NCBI RefSeq assembly: GCF_001194135.2
Contig: NC_069001.1
Location: 35,404,190 to 35,468,189 of the forward strand
Reading direction: 5' to 3'
DNA length: 64,000 nt
Source: Octopus bimaculoides
Lineage: Eukaryota
Notes under the pieces: model-generated
Database searches by the model: none
The model's input: only the letters and a program-made list of their open reading frames with translations
What the model was told of the DNA's origin: nothing
Program-made: the position numbers and the translations under genes
In this document: one piece after another, positions 12,651 through 26,133 of the stretch
Position numbering within the stretch: the stretch's first letter is position 1
Layout of the letters: the number at the start of each line of letters is the position of its first letter

Positions 12651-13565
12651 ATTCCATTTTCTATCATTTATCATGTAAACATGGAAAAGCGAATGTTAAA
12701 TCAACAATGATGACCAACATCAGAGAGTCATGCAAAGCAAATTGGCGTCAGTGGAATACAAACTCAAACCATGAAGGGATTTTAGTTCCGTATCACCACT
12801 GCCACCACCACCACCACCATTACCCTTGTTTCTGCTATTCCACCATACTCCACGTTCAGCAATTCCTGTGGTTTCACTAACCACAAACGGTGAACCTGTT
12901 GTGACCAGAACCTCTCAAATAATTAAGTTAGATATGATATTTCGGTAATCCGATTCATGCGTCCACTCCTGGCTTTTTTTAATTTAGAAGACAGGAAACA
13001 TTTAGGAAATTATGTGATAGACACCAGTTTGTCTCCTGTTACAATAAGAGATAAAAAGCAACTATTTGAATAATTGAGGCCATTATCTTTTCAATTATTA
13101 GTATTATTTGTGTAGTGTGAGGCCAGCTAGTATTCATTATTAAAGAGGTGGGGTGGAGGGGGAGCATTGATCAAAAGTTTGTCGTGTCTTTTTTATGTTG
13201 ATTAAGTATTTATTCCTTCATGTATTTGTCAGATCACACATAAATTTAGCCTACATAATGAGTAGCTTCATACTTCCATCACTTTCCAAGTATTCTCTAA
13301 CTCCCTTTTCTCCACCTTCTCCCCCCTCTCTCTCTCGATATATATATATAGATAGATAGATAGATAGATAGATAGATGTGTACATAGAGAGAGAGACGGA
13401 GAAAAGTGAATCGAGAGAGTGATGGGCGTATGAAGTTATTCATTACATAGGCTAATATACATATATACATACATAGATTTGGTGATATATATGTGTGTGT
13501 GTGTGTATGTGTGTTGTGCTTGAGAAGAAGACCCATCAAGCCAAGTAAAATCACAGGTGTGGCAG

Positions 13566-14155
13566 ATACTGGTGCAGTTCCAGAGCGGATGATAGAAGGC
13601 AGAACAACATTGTTAATGAAAGAGGGCACTGCGGTTGAGGTCAAAGGGCAATGAGGTTGGCAGTTACCGAACCCATTGCTTGTTTTAACCTCCTATGGGA
13701 AGTATTAACAGGTACCCTCACAGGATAAATATATACATTCCTTGTGGAAAATAATCTTCTGCCAGTAGAACAAAAGGGATGCCGAAAAGGTTCCAAGGTC
13801 ACCAAAGACCACCTTGTGATAGACGAGGTTATAATGAAGAACTGTAAACAGTACCAAAAAATCTTATGCATGGGTTGAATAGAGTTCAAAAAGGCTAACG
13901 ATATGTTATTGCATTTGTGGATTTTGGAAACACTCAACATGTGCAGAATAGCTGAGAACGTGTGTGCACTGGTTAACAACAGCATGTCTAGTTGGAAAAC
14001 GCATCTTTCCTGTAACAACCAGCATTAAGCCGAGGTAACAATCAAACAAAGTATCTTCCAAGGAGATTCTTGTTCACCTCTGTTTTTCGTTATAGCCTTG
14101 ATCCCACTTTCTGTAGTCCCATGCAAAATCAGCATGCACTATGAGCTGAAAAAGA
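13566..14155 (+). pseudogene. Decayed reverse-transcriptase fragment of an R4/Dong-like (RLE-type) non-LTR retrotransposon
   Basis: Frameshifted translation VPERMIEGRTTLLMK...PIACFNLLWEVLTG...ENNLLPVEQKGCRKGSKVTKDHLVIDEVIMKNCK...HLWILETL...NSMSSWKT...IFQGDSCSPLFFVIALIPLS. This matches RT motifs of that clade (EQKGC, IDxKKAYD region, IFQGDSLSPLLF). Confidence 0.85.
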
Positions 14156-14629
14156 ATGGACCTCGGTAGAATGGAGTTTAAGTCGATTACATTGACCCCA
14201 GTGTTCAACTGGTCCTCATTTTATCGACCCCAGTCCTCCCCCACCCCCCAAAAAAATGTACGAAAAGCAATGTCAACCTCAGCAGGGTTTGAACCCAGAA
14301 CTTAAAGCCAGAAGAAATGCTGCGAAACATTCTGTCTGAAATGGTAACGATCTGTCAGCTCACCACCTGTGGGTATATGTTTTTATGATTTATTGGCATT
14401 TCTGCCAATAAATTATTATAATAATAATAATAATAATAATATATATGCATGCACATATATGTATGTGTTTATATGCAATTGCTGTTCACACCAAAATGCA
14501 TGCAAGCACAATGAGTAAGCATATATAAATATCTTTGAATGTATGTATATTTTGATGTATACTTCAGCTAGACATATGTACAATCACGTATCCATAAAAA
14601 TATAGATACACGTAGAGATATAGACATTA

Positions 14630-14820
14630 TTTATCGATTTGCCAAGCGTAGCATGCGCCTTCTTAAGTCTTTCTTTTTCTCCCTCCAGGTATCAGGGTGG
14701 AGGGAATATAACTATAATAACTCCCCTAAATATGAGCACTTACGCTGTTTACCACGGTGTTACTAAGGATAGATACTTTTATTATTGATCCCTGAGGGCT
14801 AAAAGGTTGAGTCAGCCTGA
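14630..14820 (-). mobile_element. Additional SINE-like dispersed repeat (second copy at 46500-46690, +)
   Basis: About 190 bp reverse-complement match between the two sites. Its central part resembles the SINE-B body. Confidence 0.6.
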
Positions 14821-14933
14821 AGTTAACCTCACAGGAATTATAACATGGAATGAAGGAGAAAACCCAGGAACTCGGAAGGCATTTTACATAAATGTATTAT
14901 GTGCATATATATAAATGTGTGTATGTGTGACTG

Positions 14934-14973
<40 letters not shown>

Positions 14974-15306
14974 TTTAGGTATATACATATAAAATACATT
15001 ATATATACACATATATTTAGGTATATACATATAAAATACATTATATATACATATATATATAATACATCATATAAACATATATATAATGCAATGTATATAT
15101 ACACACACACTCACATACATATATAGAAAATGCATTATATATATATATATAATACATGGTATATCCATTTATAATACGTTATGGTAGAGTTAGCAGTTGG
15201 AATAACCGTCTAAGGGATAAGGGCTGTTAGGTAGGATAAAGTTTTGTATTAAAAAACATAATAATTGATGGCAATCAAGATTTCTCCATTTTCTGCTTAA
15301 TTTAAA

Positions 15307-15341
<35 letters not shown>

Positions 15342-15775
15342 TTGTGAGTGTCATTCTCATGCTAATGGTACCATTCATTTCCAAACTTCCATGAAAACAT
15401 GTCTGGCCATGGGGAAAATGTTACCTTGCTTGGAGAGAGGTCAGGATTAGTGACAGGAATGTGATATCCAGTCATAGAAAATCTACCTCACAGAACTCTG
15501 TCTGATCTGCAGAAGCATGGGAAAGTGGACATGAAAACAGAGTTGATGCCAATGATGATGGATATATTTCTATCTTTGTGTGTGTGCGTGTGTTCACAGG
15601 CCTCTCGACTACATCTTCTTAAATAGGTGTCATTACCATCAGTTAAAGGGCCACGTCACTTCTATTTATAAATAGAACAACTATTTATGGTTCATTTGTT
15701 TGTTATTTCAATAAATTTACCGCTAAACTAACTTTTGCCAAACTTTGCCGTTCAGTCAAAAATTTCTTTTCTCTT

Positions 15776-15834
<59 letters not shown>

Positions 15835-16317
15835 TCCATCCAAAGCAAATTTCCGACACGATTAAGCTTTGCTTAACAACACTGGAAAGCCGATCGGAAA
15901 TATAATAGACATTATTATACTCCGAAAATATCATTCTGCTTTTTGCATCAAAGATGTTATTAGAATATTGTTTCTAAATTGAGATTGTATGCAAAATAGT
16001 TTATAAAAAAGGTAAATGAATACAAATAGATTAATATACATGAAACAGAATATATTCATGTTTGTGTACATTTATATGCATACATATATATTCTAGTCAG
16101 TGAACTGGTAGATCACCAAAGAAAATGGCTAGTGGCATTTTGTCTGTCCTTGAGTTCATATTCCTCCAAGACTGACTTTGTCTTTCATCCTTTTGGGGTT
16201 GATGGATTAAATACCAGTTGAACACTGGGGTCCATGTAATAAACTAGCTTCTTCCTGAAAAGTTCAGACCCTGGGGTTATAGTGAAAAAGATATATTATA
16301 TATACATATGTTTTATA

Positions 16318-16378
<61 letters not shown>

Positions 16379-16612
16379 NNNNNNNNNNNNNNNNNNNNNN
16401 NNNNNNNNNNNNNNNNNNNNNNNNNNNNNNNNNNNNNNNNNNNNNNNNNNNNNNNNNNNNNNNNNNNNNNNNNNNNNNNNNNNNNNNNNNNNNNNNNNNN
16501 NNNNNNNNNNNNNNNNNNNNNNNNNNNNNNNNNNNNNNNNNNNNNNNNNNNNNNNNNNNNNNNNNNNNNNNNNNNNNNNNNNNNNNNNNNNNNNNNNNNN
16601 NNNNNNNNNNNN

Positions 16613-16646
<34 letters not shown>

Positions 16647-17272
16647 GACAGGCTTCTTTCAGTTTCCATCTACCAAATCCCCTCACAATGGAATCAGTTT
16701 GGTCAACTAAATTCTTGAAAGCAGTGCTCCAGCATGGCAGTAGTAACTGAAACAAATAAAAATAAAATCAAAGTAAAAAAAAAATCAAACAATAAAAGAA
16801 AAAAATATGAAAATAATTACTACAAATAAAATACTACAAAATGTAAACAAATAAAGAAAATTCAACCTAAATGACAGAATTAAAACAATTTCTCCTCATC
16901 TTCATTCCAGCCTGATAGAAATTGTCTCCTTTATATCAAATTCCAGTCTGGCCCAATCCAATTCTGCTCGTCAGCCTAACGAGCCTTTGGTAGTTACTGA
17001 TTGTAGCTAACTGCTTTAACTAAATCGAATCTTGTGTTACTATTAAACTCCCTTTATTTCAATTAAGTTAATTTCTTGAACACAATGAAATGGAATAACC
17101 AATTTCTGACTCTCTGCTGATCAGCTGAATGGAAGGAAAAATCAATTATTTCCAAAGACTCCAAACAATTCTTTAGAAATACTGAAGAATCTTTTGGTAC
17201 TTTGACTTTGCATGGTTTTATAAAGATGACTCTGAGAGTGAGTGGAAATAGATGCCTATGTATTACTTTTTT

Positions 17273-17672
17273 ATTCTTTTACTTGTTTCAGTCTTTTGGT
17301 TGGGGCCATGCTGGAGCACCACCTTAGTGGGGTTTTTTTGGTTGAAGAAATTTAACCCAGGACTCATTCTTTTATAAGTTTAGTACTTATTCTATTGGTC
17401 TCTTTTTGCCGAATTGCTAAGTTACGGGGACATAAACACACCAGCATCATTTGCCAAGCAATGATGGCGGGCCAAATACAGGCACAAAGACACACAAATA
17501 TATTTATATATATATATGATGAGCTTCTTTCAGTTTCCGTCTACCAAGTCCACTCACAAGGTTTTGGTCAGCACGAGGCTGTAGTAGAAGACACTTGCCC
17601 AAGGTGCCATGCTGCAGGACTGAACCTGGAACCATGTGGTTGGCAAGCAAGCTTCTTATGACACAGCCACAC
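17273..17672 (-). mobile_element. SINE family A, full length
   Basis: Reverse complement of the family-A sequence from head to tail. Confidence 0.85.
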
Positions 17673-18103
17673 CTTTCTTTTATCATTTCTTTATTTCAGT
17701 CATTGTGCTGTGTCCCTGCAGTGGCACCGTGCTGAGGAGTTTAGCTAAAATAACAGACCCACTCACCCCACCACCACCACTACTTATTATTTTTTTCTAC
17801 CCAAAATTTCTGGGGAGGGGGCCAGTCAATTAGATCAACCCCAGTATGCATCTGATACTTAATTTATCGACCCTGGAAGGATGAAAGGCAAAGTCAACAT
17901 CGGCGGAATTTGAACTCAGAATGTAGTAAAGACAGACGAAATATATCGCTAAGCATTTCACCAGGTGTGCTAACATTTCCACCAGCTCACCACCTCCCCC
18001 ACTGCTTATTATTAAAACATCATATTCTACCTGTCACTTTTTCTAAAATGCTAACTTATAGGGACATTGTCAAGCAGAGGTGGGGGATAAACATATAGAC
18101 ACA

Positions 18104-18138
<35 letters not shown>

Positions 18139-18139
18139 C

Positions 18140-18185
<46 letters not shown>

Positions 18186-18263
18186 ATAAAAAAAAATAGA
18201 TCGACAGATGGTTGTTACTGGCACCAAAACATTTGTAGGTTAGTTATACAGATGTGTGTGTGT

Positions 18264-18600
18264 GGAGGCGCAATAGCCCAGTGGTTAGGACAGCGGACTC
18301 GCGGTCATAGGATCGCAGTTTCGATTCCTAGACCGGGTGTTGTGAGTGTTTATTGAGCGAAAACACCTAAAGCTCCACGAGGTTCCGGCAGGGGATGGTG
18401 GCGAACCCTGCTGTACTCTTCCAACACGACTTTCTCTCACTCTTACTTCCTGTCACACTGTGTCACGTTGAATATCCCCGAGAACTACATTAAGGGTACA
18501 CGTGTCTGTGGAGTGCTCAGCCACTTGCACATTAATTTCACGAGCAGGCTGTTCTGTTGAACTGGAACCCTCGACGTCGTAACCGACGGAGTGTCAACAA
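18264..18600 (+). mobile_element. tRNA-derived SINE family C, well preserved
   Basis: GGAGGCGCAATAGCCCAGTGGTTAGG (A box) ... GTTTCGATTCCT (B box). CpGs are retained, and body segments recur at 22148-22200 and 60000-60090. Confidence 0.8.
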
Positions 18601-18669
18601 CATACAGATGTGTATATAAACATAAAAGAGGTAAAAATAAAGCTCATTGTAGTTCTGCATACAGTACAA

Positions 18670-18755
18670 CAGAGATGCAGAGAGAGGTAATATAAGATGT
18701 GCATGATCAGTGCACTTGTCCTGCACATCTTATGTTAACTCTCTCTGCATCTCTG
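18670..18755. ncRNA. 86-nt near-perfect hairpin (pre-miRNA-like or miniature fold-back element)
   Basis: CAGAGATGCAGAGAGAGGTAATATAAGATGTGCATGA, 12-nt loop, then TCCTGCACATCTTATGTTAACTCTCTCTGCATCTCTG. About 37-bp stem with 2 mismatches and 1 G:U pair. Confidence 0.35.
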
Positions 18756-19325
18756 CAGACTCTTTACCACACAGCTATGCCTGTCCCTATTCTCTATTTA
18801 TGTCTGTTTGTCATTTTTTTTTTTCTTTACATAACATACTACAGCCCATATGCTGACCCATACATAGAGAAATCACATGATCAAGTGATTAATGGTCCGA
18901 ATCTATAGATTCTGTTACATCAGTACTAATGAAAGTATGCCAGGATTTATTTATCTCACCTGTCAGCACAGCCGCATGCATTTATCACTCTCACCTGCTA
19001 AGCATGAGTATCTTTTTACAATTTCACGTGGTTCAAATACAAGTAGACCAGGGAAAGGTTTTTTTATCTGTGGTTGTCTCATTTTTCGGATATTGATACA
19101 GCTCAGTATTAGAGTGATATGGTTATTTCATATATATACATACNNNNNNNNNNNNNNNNNNNNNNNNNNNNNNNNNNTTTATGTACACTCTCCTTGTTGG
19201 TAAAGATACATAACATACTAAACATATATATATCTGCAATGGCAGATAATTGATTTGGGTATAATGTTACATTGAATGTATCTGTGTGTGTATATGTATG
19301 TATATACATGTGTGTGCGTGTGTGA

Positions 19326-19368
<43 letters not shown>

Positions 19369-20748
19369 CACAGGTGTGGTTGTGTGGTAAGAAGTTTGCT
19401 TCCCAATCACATGGTTCTGGTTTCAGTTTCGCTGTGTGGCACCTTGGGTAAGTGTTTTTTTTTACTATAGAACGCAGGCCAACCAAAGCCTTGTGGGTGG
19501 ATTTGGTTGATGAAAACTGGAAGAAGCCTGTCATATATGTGTATATAGCCTGTTGTGTGTGTGTGTGTGTGTGTACAGATTATATGTCTACTTTGGCATG
19601 GTTTCTACAGCTGGATACCCTTCCCAACACCAATCCCATAGCAATTTCCATCCACTAAATTCTCTCACAAAGGATTGGTCAGTTCCTGTCTAAAGTACAA
19701 AGAAACTTGCCCAAGGTTCCACACTATGGAACTGAACCCAAAACAGCTTGGCTGACAAATGAACTTTAGAATCACACAGCCAAGCTTGTACCTATTTCAT
19801 GACTAAAACTCATCACAGGTTTTGTGTTGAGACCAAACTATAATTCACACGTCAAACTTAAAACTTAATTACAAAAATCCTATTTATATTTTAAATATTG
19901 TTATCAATATTATTTTTTTATTATTTTTCTCTATTTACTTTGCTTTTAGTTTTAAATTTTCCTTGGATTTATTTTCATAATTCCTACCAAAATTGTAACT
20001 AATTTAAATGTGCATGTGTAGAAACTGAAATGATTAATTTCGAAAATTGAACATGCAATTCACTGGTTTCTTTGTTGTTGTAATTTTTGTTGTTGTCGTC
20101 GTCATCGTTGTTGTTTTTGTTGTTGTTGTTGGTTTTGTTAAATTTTATTATTATTTAAAAAAAAATTTTTAATATTTTAAAAATGTTTTTTTTTTTTACA
20201 CTAAAATTAGCGCTGAATTTTTAAACTTGCATTTTAATTGAAATTAAATTATTTGTTAATTAAGCAGTACAGTTGATAAGATATATCATACTTGTAAAAC
20301 ATTTTAATATTGTTTACATTAAAATCATAACTGTTAATTCCTCTCTCTCTCTCTCATTTATTTGTCTTTATCTATCTACCCACCCCATCCATCCATCCCT
20401 CCATGTATTTGCCTCTCCCCCTCTCTCTCTGTCTCTCTCTATCTCTATCTCTCTCTCTCTCTCCTCTCTCTATCCAGCAATTTGTCTGAAGTAACTTTTG
20501 TTTTTGAACAGGCAGTGTTTCAATATGTATGTGAGAGGTTTAGTGGCTAGGGCGTTAGACTCATGATTGTAAGATTGTGGTTTCAATTCCCAGGCCGAGT
20601 GACACATAGTGTTCTTGAGCAAAACACTTCATTCCACTCAACTGACAAAAATTAGTGATCTAGCAAAGGACCTACAGCCCATCCAGGTGAGGAATATATA
20701 TGCAATGGGAACCAGGAGACTGGACCTTTGAGACTATATATATATATA

Positions 20749-21154
20749 GGCACAGGAGTGGCTGTGTGGTAAGAAGCTTGCTTCCCAACCACATGGTCCC
20801 GTGTTCACTCCCACTGCGTGACACCTAGGGCAAGTGTCTTCTACTATTAACCTCAGGTTGATCAAAGCCTTGTGAGTGGATCTGGTAGATGGAAACTGAT
20901 AGAAGCCCGTCGTTTATGTATATATATATATATATATATTTGTGTGTGTCTGTTTGTCCTCCACCATCGCTTAACAATAGATGTTGGTTCGTTTACATCC
21001 CCATAACTTAGAGATTCAGCAGAAAAGACCAATAGAATAAGTACTAGGCTTACAAAGAATAAGTCCTGGCGTTGATTTATTCTACTAAAGGCAGTGCTCC
21101 AGCATGGCCGCAGTCAAATGACTGAAACAAATAAAAGAATAAAAGAATAAAAGA
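20749..21154 (+). mobile_element. SINE family A, full length
   Basis: Head ggcacaggagtggctgtgtggtaag, body and (AAAAGAAT)n tail. Confidence 0.85.
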
Positions 21155-21727
21155 AATCAGGAGAGAGGAGGAGGGAGAAAGAGAGAGGGGGAAAGAGAGA
21201 GAGAGAGCCAATCAACAATATCTCAAAACTCATACCCTTTCTCTCTCTCTCTTCTCTCTTCCCTCTCTTACATTCTTATTCATCTTTTCACTCACTCTCT
21301 CTCTATTCACCTAACACTCTCTTCTTCCTCTCTCAGACATTNNNNNNNNNNNNNNNNNNNNNNNNNNNNNNNNNNNNNNNNNNNNNNNNNNNNNNNNNNN
21401 NNNNNNNNNNNNNNNNNNNNNNNNNNNNNNNNNNNNNNNNNNNNNNNNNNNNNNNNNNNNNNNNNNNNNNNNNNNNNNNNNNNNNNNNNNNNNNNNNNNN
21501 NNNNNNNNNNNNNNNNNNNNNNNNNNNNNNNNNNNNNNNNNNNNNNNNNNNNNNNNNNNNNNNNNNNNNNNNNNNNNNNNNNNNNNNNNNNNNNNNNNNN
21601 NNNNNNNNNNNNNNNNNNNNNNNNNNNNNNNNNNNNNNNNNNNNNNNNNNNNNNNNNNNNNNNNNNNNNNNNNNNNNNNNNNNNNNNNNNNNNNNNNNNN
21701 NNNNNNNNNNNNNNNNNNNNNNNNNNN

Positions 21728-21787
<60 letters not shown>

Positions 21788-22480
21788 ACAGACATACATA
21801 CATATATATATATATTTCACATAACTCTATGTGTGTGTCTATGATTTTTACGTTCTTTTTGAAAATTGCTTACACACTGATTGAGTATAAAAAGAGGAGA
21901 AAAATAATATGGCAGAGATAATAATTATCATTATTGTTGTTGTTGTTGTTACTATTAAAAACTGGAAATAAATTCCTGAACATATTTGTCAACTAAAGAA
22001 TTTATCTCAAATGTTTTGCAACAGAAAAGCTTTGAGATAAAAAAAAAAAAATACCCAAAGTGCGCACATACACACACACACACAAACATGCATATGAAAA
22101 TTCCCTTGATTCAATGATTGAATTGCCCTGCTCCTCAATTCATATGCAAGTGGCTGTGTACTCCACAGTCACATGTGTGGCCTTAGGGAAATTCTCCGGT
22201 ATAATCAGCATGGGTACAATGCATGACAAGTTACAATCCACCAGATGGGTTTCTCCAAAGTTTCCACCAACCCCCAACTTCACTCCACAGGTAGGAGTCA
22301 CTTGACAGTCAGTGCTGGTTTGTCTTTGTCTTTGTAACCTAGTGGTTCAGCAAATAGTGACTGATAGCATATGTATGAGAATATAAATACTAGCATTGGT
22401 TTGTTTGCCTAAACCCTTCAAAGGAGTGCCACAGCATGGCCACAGTCCAATGAATAAAATAAGCAAAAGATAAAAGTCAT

Positions 22481-22631
22481 AGGTGCAAGAGTGGCTGTAT
22501 CATAAGTAGCTTGGTTCCGGGTTCAGTCCCACTGCATGCCACCTTGGGTAAGTGTCTTCTGCTATAGCCTAGGGTTGACCAAAGCCTTGTGAGTGGATTT
22601 GGTAGACGGAAACTGAAAGAAGCCCATAGTA

Positions 22632-22678
<47 letters not shown>

Positions 22679-22880
22679 CTGTGTTTGTCCTTCCACCATT
22701 GATTGACAACCAATGTTGGTGTGTTTATGTCCCCGTAACCTAGATGTTCAGCATAAAAGACTGATAGAACAACTAGTAGGGTTACAAAGAATAAGTCCTG
22801 GGGTTGATTTGTTCGACCAAAGGTGGTGCTCCAGCATGGCCACAGTCGAATGACTGACACAAACAAAAGAATGAAACAAT
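22481..22880 (+). mobile_element. SINE family A, full length
   Basis: Same family, with an internal (GT)n. Confidence 0.85.
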
Positions 22881-23489
22881 ATATANNNNNNNNNNNNNNN
22901 NNNNNNNNNNNNNNNNNNNNNNNNNNNNNNNNNNNNNNNNNNNNNNNNNNNNNNNNNNNNNNNNNNNNNNNNNNNNNNNNNNNNNNNNNNNNNNNNNNNN
23001 NNNNNNNNNNNNNNNNNNNNNNNNNNNNNNNNNNNNNNNNNNNNNNNNNNNNNNNNNNNNNNNNNNNNNNNNNNNNNNNNNNNNNNNNNNNNNNNNNNNN
23101 NNNNNNNNNNNNNNNNNNNNNNNNNNNNNNNNNNNNNNNNNNNNNNNNNNNNNNNNNNNNNNNNNNNNNNNNNNNNNNNNNNNNNNNNNNNNNNNNNNNN
23201 NNNNNNNNNNNNNNNNNNNNNNNNNNNNNNNNNNNNNNNNNNNNNNNNNNNNNNNNNNNNNNNNNNNNNNNNNNNNNNNNNNNNNNNNNNNNNNNNNNNN
23301 NNNNNNNNNNNNNNNNNNNNNNNNNNNNNNNNNNNNNNNNNNNNNNNNNNNNNNNNNNNNNNNNNNNNNNNNNNGAATGATGATAACATTGATGCTAATA
23401 CTCTTGCCCAAGACTGCTGGATGTGTCTCGGAAACTGATTGCAACAAACATGCAGATTGAATGTAAATAATGATAATAATAATAATTAT

Positions 23490-23761
23490 TATTATCCTTT
23501 CTAGTAAAGGCACAAGTCCTGAAATTTGGTGGGAGGGGACCAGTTGATTACAGTGACCCCCCCAGTGTTTCACTGGTACTTAATTCATCGACCCTGAAGG
23601 GATGAACAGCAAAGTCAATCTCGGCAGAATTTGATTCAATAATAATAATTGTCGTCGTCGTCGTCGTTTAACGTCCGCTTTCCATGCTAGCATGGGTTGG
23701 ACGATTTGACTGAGGACTGGTGAAACCAGATGGCTACACCAGGCTCCAATCTGATTTGGCA

Positions 23762-23795
<34 letters not shown>

Positions 23796-23993
23796 CCTTT
23801 CTACTAAATTTGGCGGGAGGGTGCCAGTCGATTAAATCACCCCCCAAAATGCAATTGGTACTTAATTTATCGACCTTGAAAGGACGAAAGGCAAAGTTGA
23901 CCTCGAAGGAATTTGAACTCAGAATGTAAAGACAAATGGAATACTGCTAAGCCTTTCGCCCAGTGTGCTAATGATTCTGCCAGTTTGCCACCT

Positions 23994-24027
<34 letters not shown>

Positions 24028-24290
24028 GCTGCTAGTAATAATAATAGTAATAATAATAACGATAATATTAATAATTTTTTCTACTAATGTCACATGGCCT
24101 GAGATTTGTGTGGAGGGGACCAGTCAATTACATTGCCCCCCCCCCCTAGTGTTTCACTGGTATTTAATTTATCGACCCTGAAAAGGCCTGAAATTTTGGG
24201 GGCGGGGTTAAGTCGATTAAGTGATGGGCAAAATACGGCTAAGCATTTCGTCCAGCATGTTAATGATTCTGCCAGCTTGTCACTTTAATA
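23490..24290 (-). mobile_element. Chain of SINE-B copies separated by (AAT)n, with a short RTE 3' end inserted at 23650-23762
   Basis: SINE-B pieces at 23500-23640, 23797-23992, 24085-24185 and 24190-24285, all in the same orientation. Confidence 0.75.
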
Positions 24291-24935
24291 ATAATAATAA
24301 CCATCATCATCATCATCACTTAACGTTCGTTGTCCATGCTGGCATGGGTTCAACTGTTTGACTAGGCCAGCATGCTAAAAAGCTGTGCCAGACTCCACTC
24401 TGACTTGGCATGGTTTTCTATGGCTGGATGCCCTTCAGAATGCCAACCACTCTGAGAATGTAATGGGTGCTCTTATGTGCCACCGGCTTGGGGGCCATTT
24501 GCATGACACCGGTATCTGCCATGACTGCAATTTTAATTGGTTTGATGGGTCTTCTTCTCAAGCATGACATAATGCCAAAGGTCATGGTCATTGCCTCCGT
24601 GGGACCCAACACTCAAAAGGAACTCAGCCACTTTCCCGGATTTCAAATTTTTGTCGCAAGAGTAGCTTGGTGGAAGGGATTCAGTCAATTACATCAGCCC
24701 CAGTATTGATACGTATATCAATATATCAATGACCCCAGTATATCAATTCCTGTATATATATAAATATATATACAAGACAAGATACCACACAGTGGGACTG
24801 AAACCAGAATTACCATGCAGTTGGGAATCAGACTTCTTACCACACAGCTACACTACCTGTGCCTATATATATATATGTGTGTGTGTGTATGTGATACATA
24901 AATGCATATGCATACATGAGACATATATACATACA

Positions 24936-24981
<46 letters not shown>

Positions 24982-25471
24982 CAGACAAGAAGCAACCACT
25001 TTCACATGCCATAATCAGTCTCCCATTGCCCTGCATAAGCAGACAAAGGAAGAGAGGAAGGAAGGAAGGAAAGCAATTCTCTTTTGGGGTCTTTCCCCAT
25101 CCCACTCCCCACCTCCGCCTCCGCCTCCGCCGCCGCATCCCACCACAACCACCTCCACCCCAGCCCCTCCACTGCTATCTCTTCTTAATAGATGTGTAAT
25201 ATCTGTTGTAGACATTCTCGTCGGAAAGATAAAATAATTTTGATGGTAATGTCTCAATGCATTTCAATGATATTGCTTCACTTTCAGGAATAATGAACAA
25301 TTAGAGCTCGTTATTAAATGTAATGCCTATTTATATATGTGTATACATGCATACATACAAGTATATATAATGTGGGTGGGTGTATGTGTGTATAATATAA
25401 ATATGCATGTATGTGTATATATGTATGTTTGTGTCTATGCACATATCTTTCCATAGAAATGTAATTGCATA

Positions 25472-25516
<45 letters not shown>

Positions 25517-25621
25517 GCATGCACACATAAACATTTATATATTCATATATGTACTTAGACATACGTATATATAAACACACATACACACCCATACATATGT
25601 ATATATGTATGATTGTGCATG

Positions 25622-25661
<40 letters not shown>

Positions 25662-25714
25662 TCTGATGACATATACACACAAGCACACATAAATACACGC
25701 TCACACTGTATATA

Positions 25715-25755
<41 letters not shown>

Positions 25756-26048
25756 GCTGTCTGTGGGACAGAAATGTGTATGGTACTATGGAATTCTCCA
25801 AGAGCATAATCAGGGTGACAGATACATATATAAACAAGCCCATGAAGAATTTTTTTATGACAGTGATAATAACATGGCAACTGGGTTGGCTGGAGATGCA
25901 AACCCATAATAATAAATATTATAACATGTAAAGTAGTTAAATAAATTCAAAAAACAAACCTCTAAATTGCTCGGAAAAGAGTGATTTATTTCGTAATCAT
26001 TGCAAAAGCTATGGAGCATAATTCTGTTTAAAATAGCCAGCATTTTTC

Positions 26049-26081
<33 letters not shown>

Positions 26082-26096
26082 TTTTGTTCTGACTTA

Positions 26097-26133
<37 letters not shown>

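Noticed and set aside
14670-14770. Very strong plus-strand splice acceptor (ttctttttctccctccag|g)
   Set aside because: It is part of a dispersed repeat with a second copy at 46500-46690 in reverse orientation.
18264-18340. tRNA-like sequences (also 20535, 56277, 63330 and the SINE-A and SINE-B heads)
   Set aside because: They lack a complete acceptor stem and continue into SINE bodies, so they are SINE heads rather than tRNA genes.
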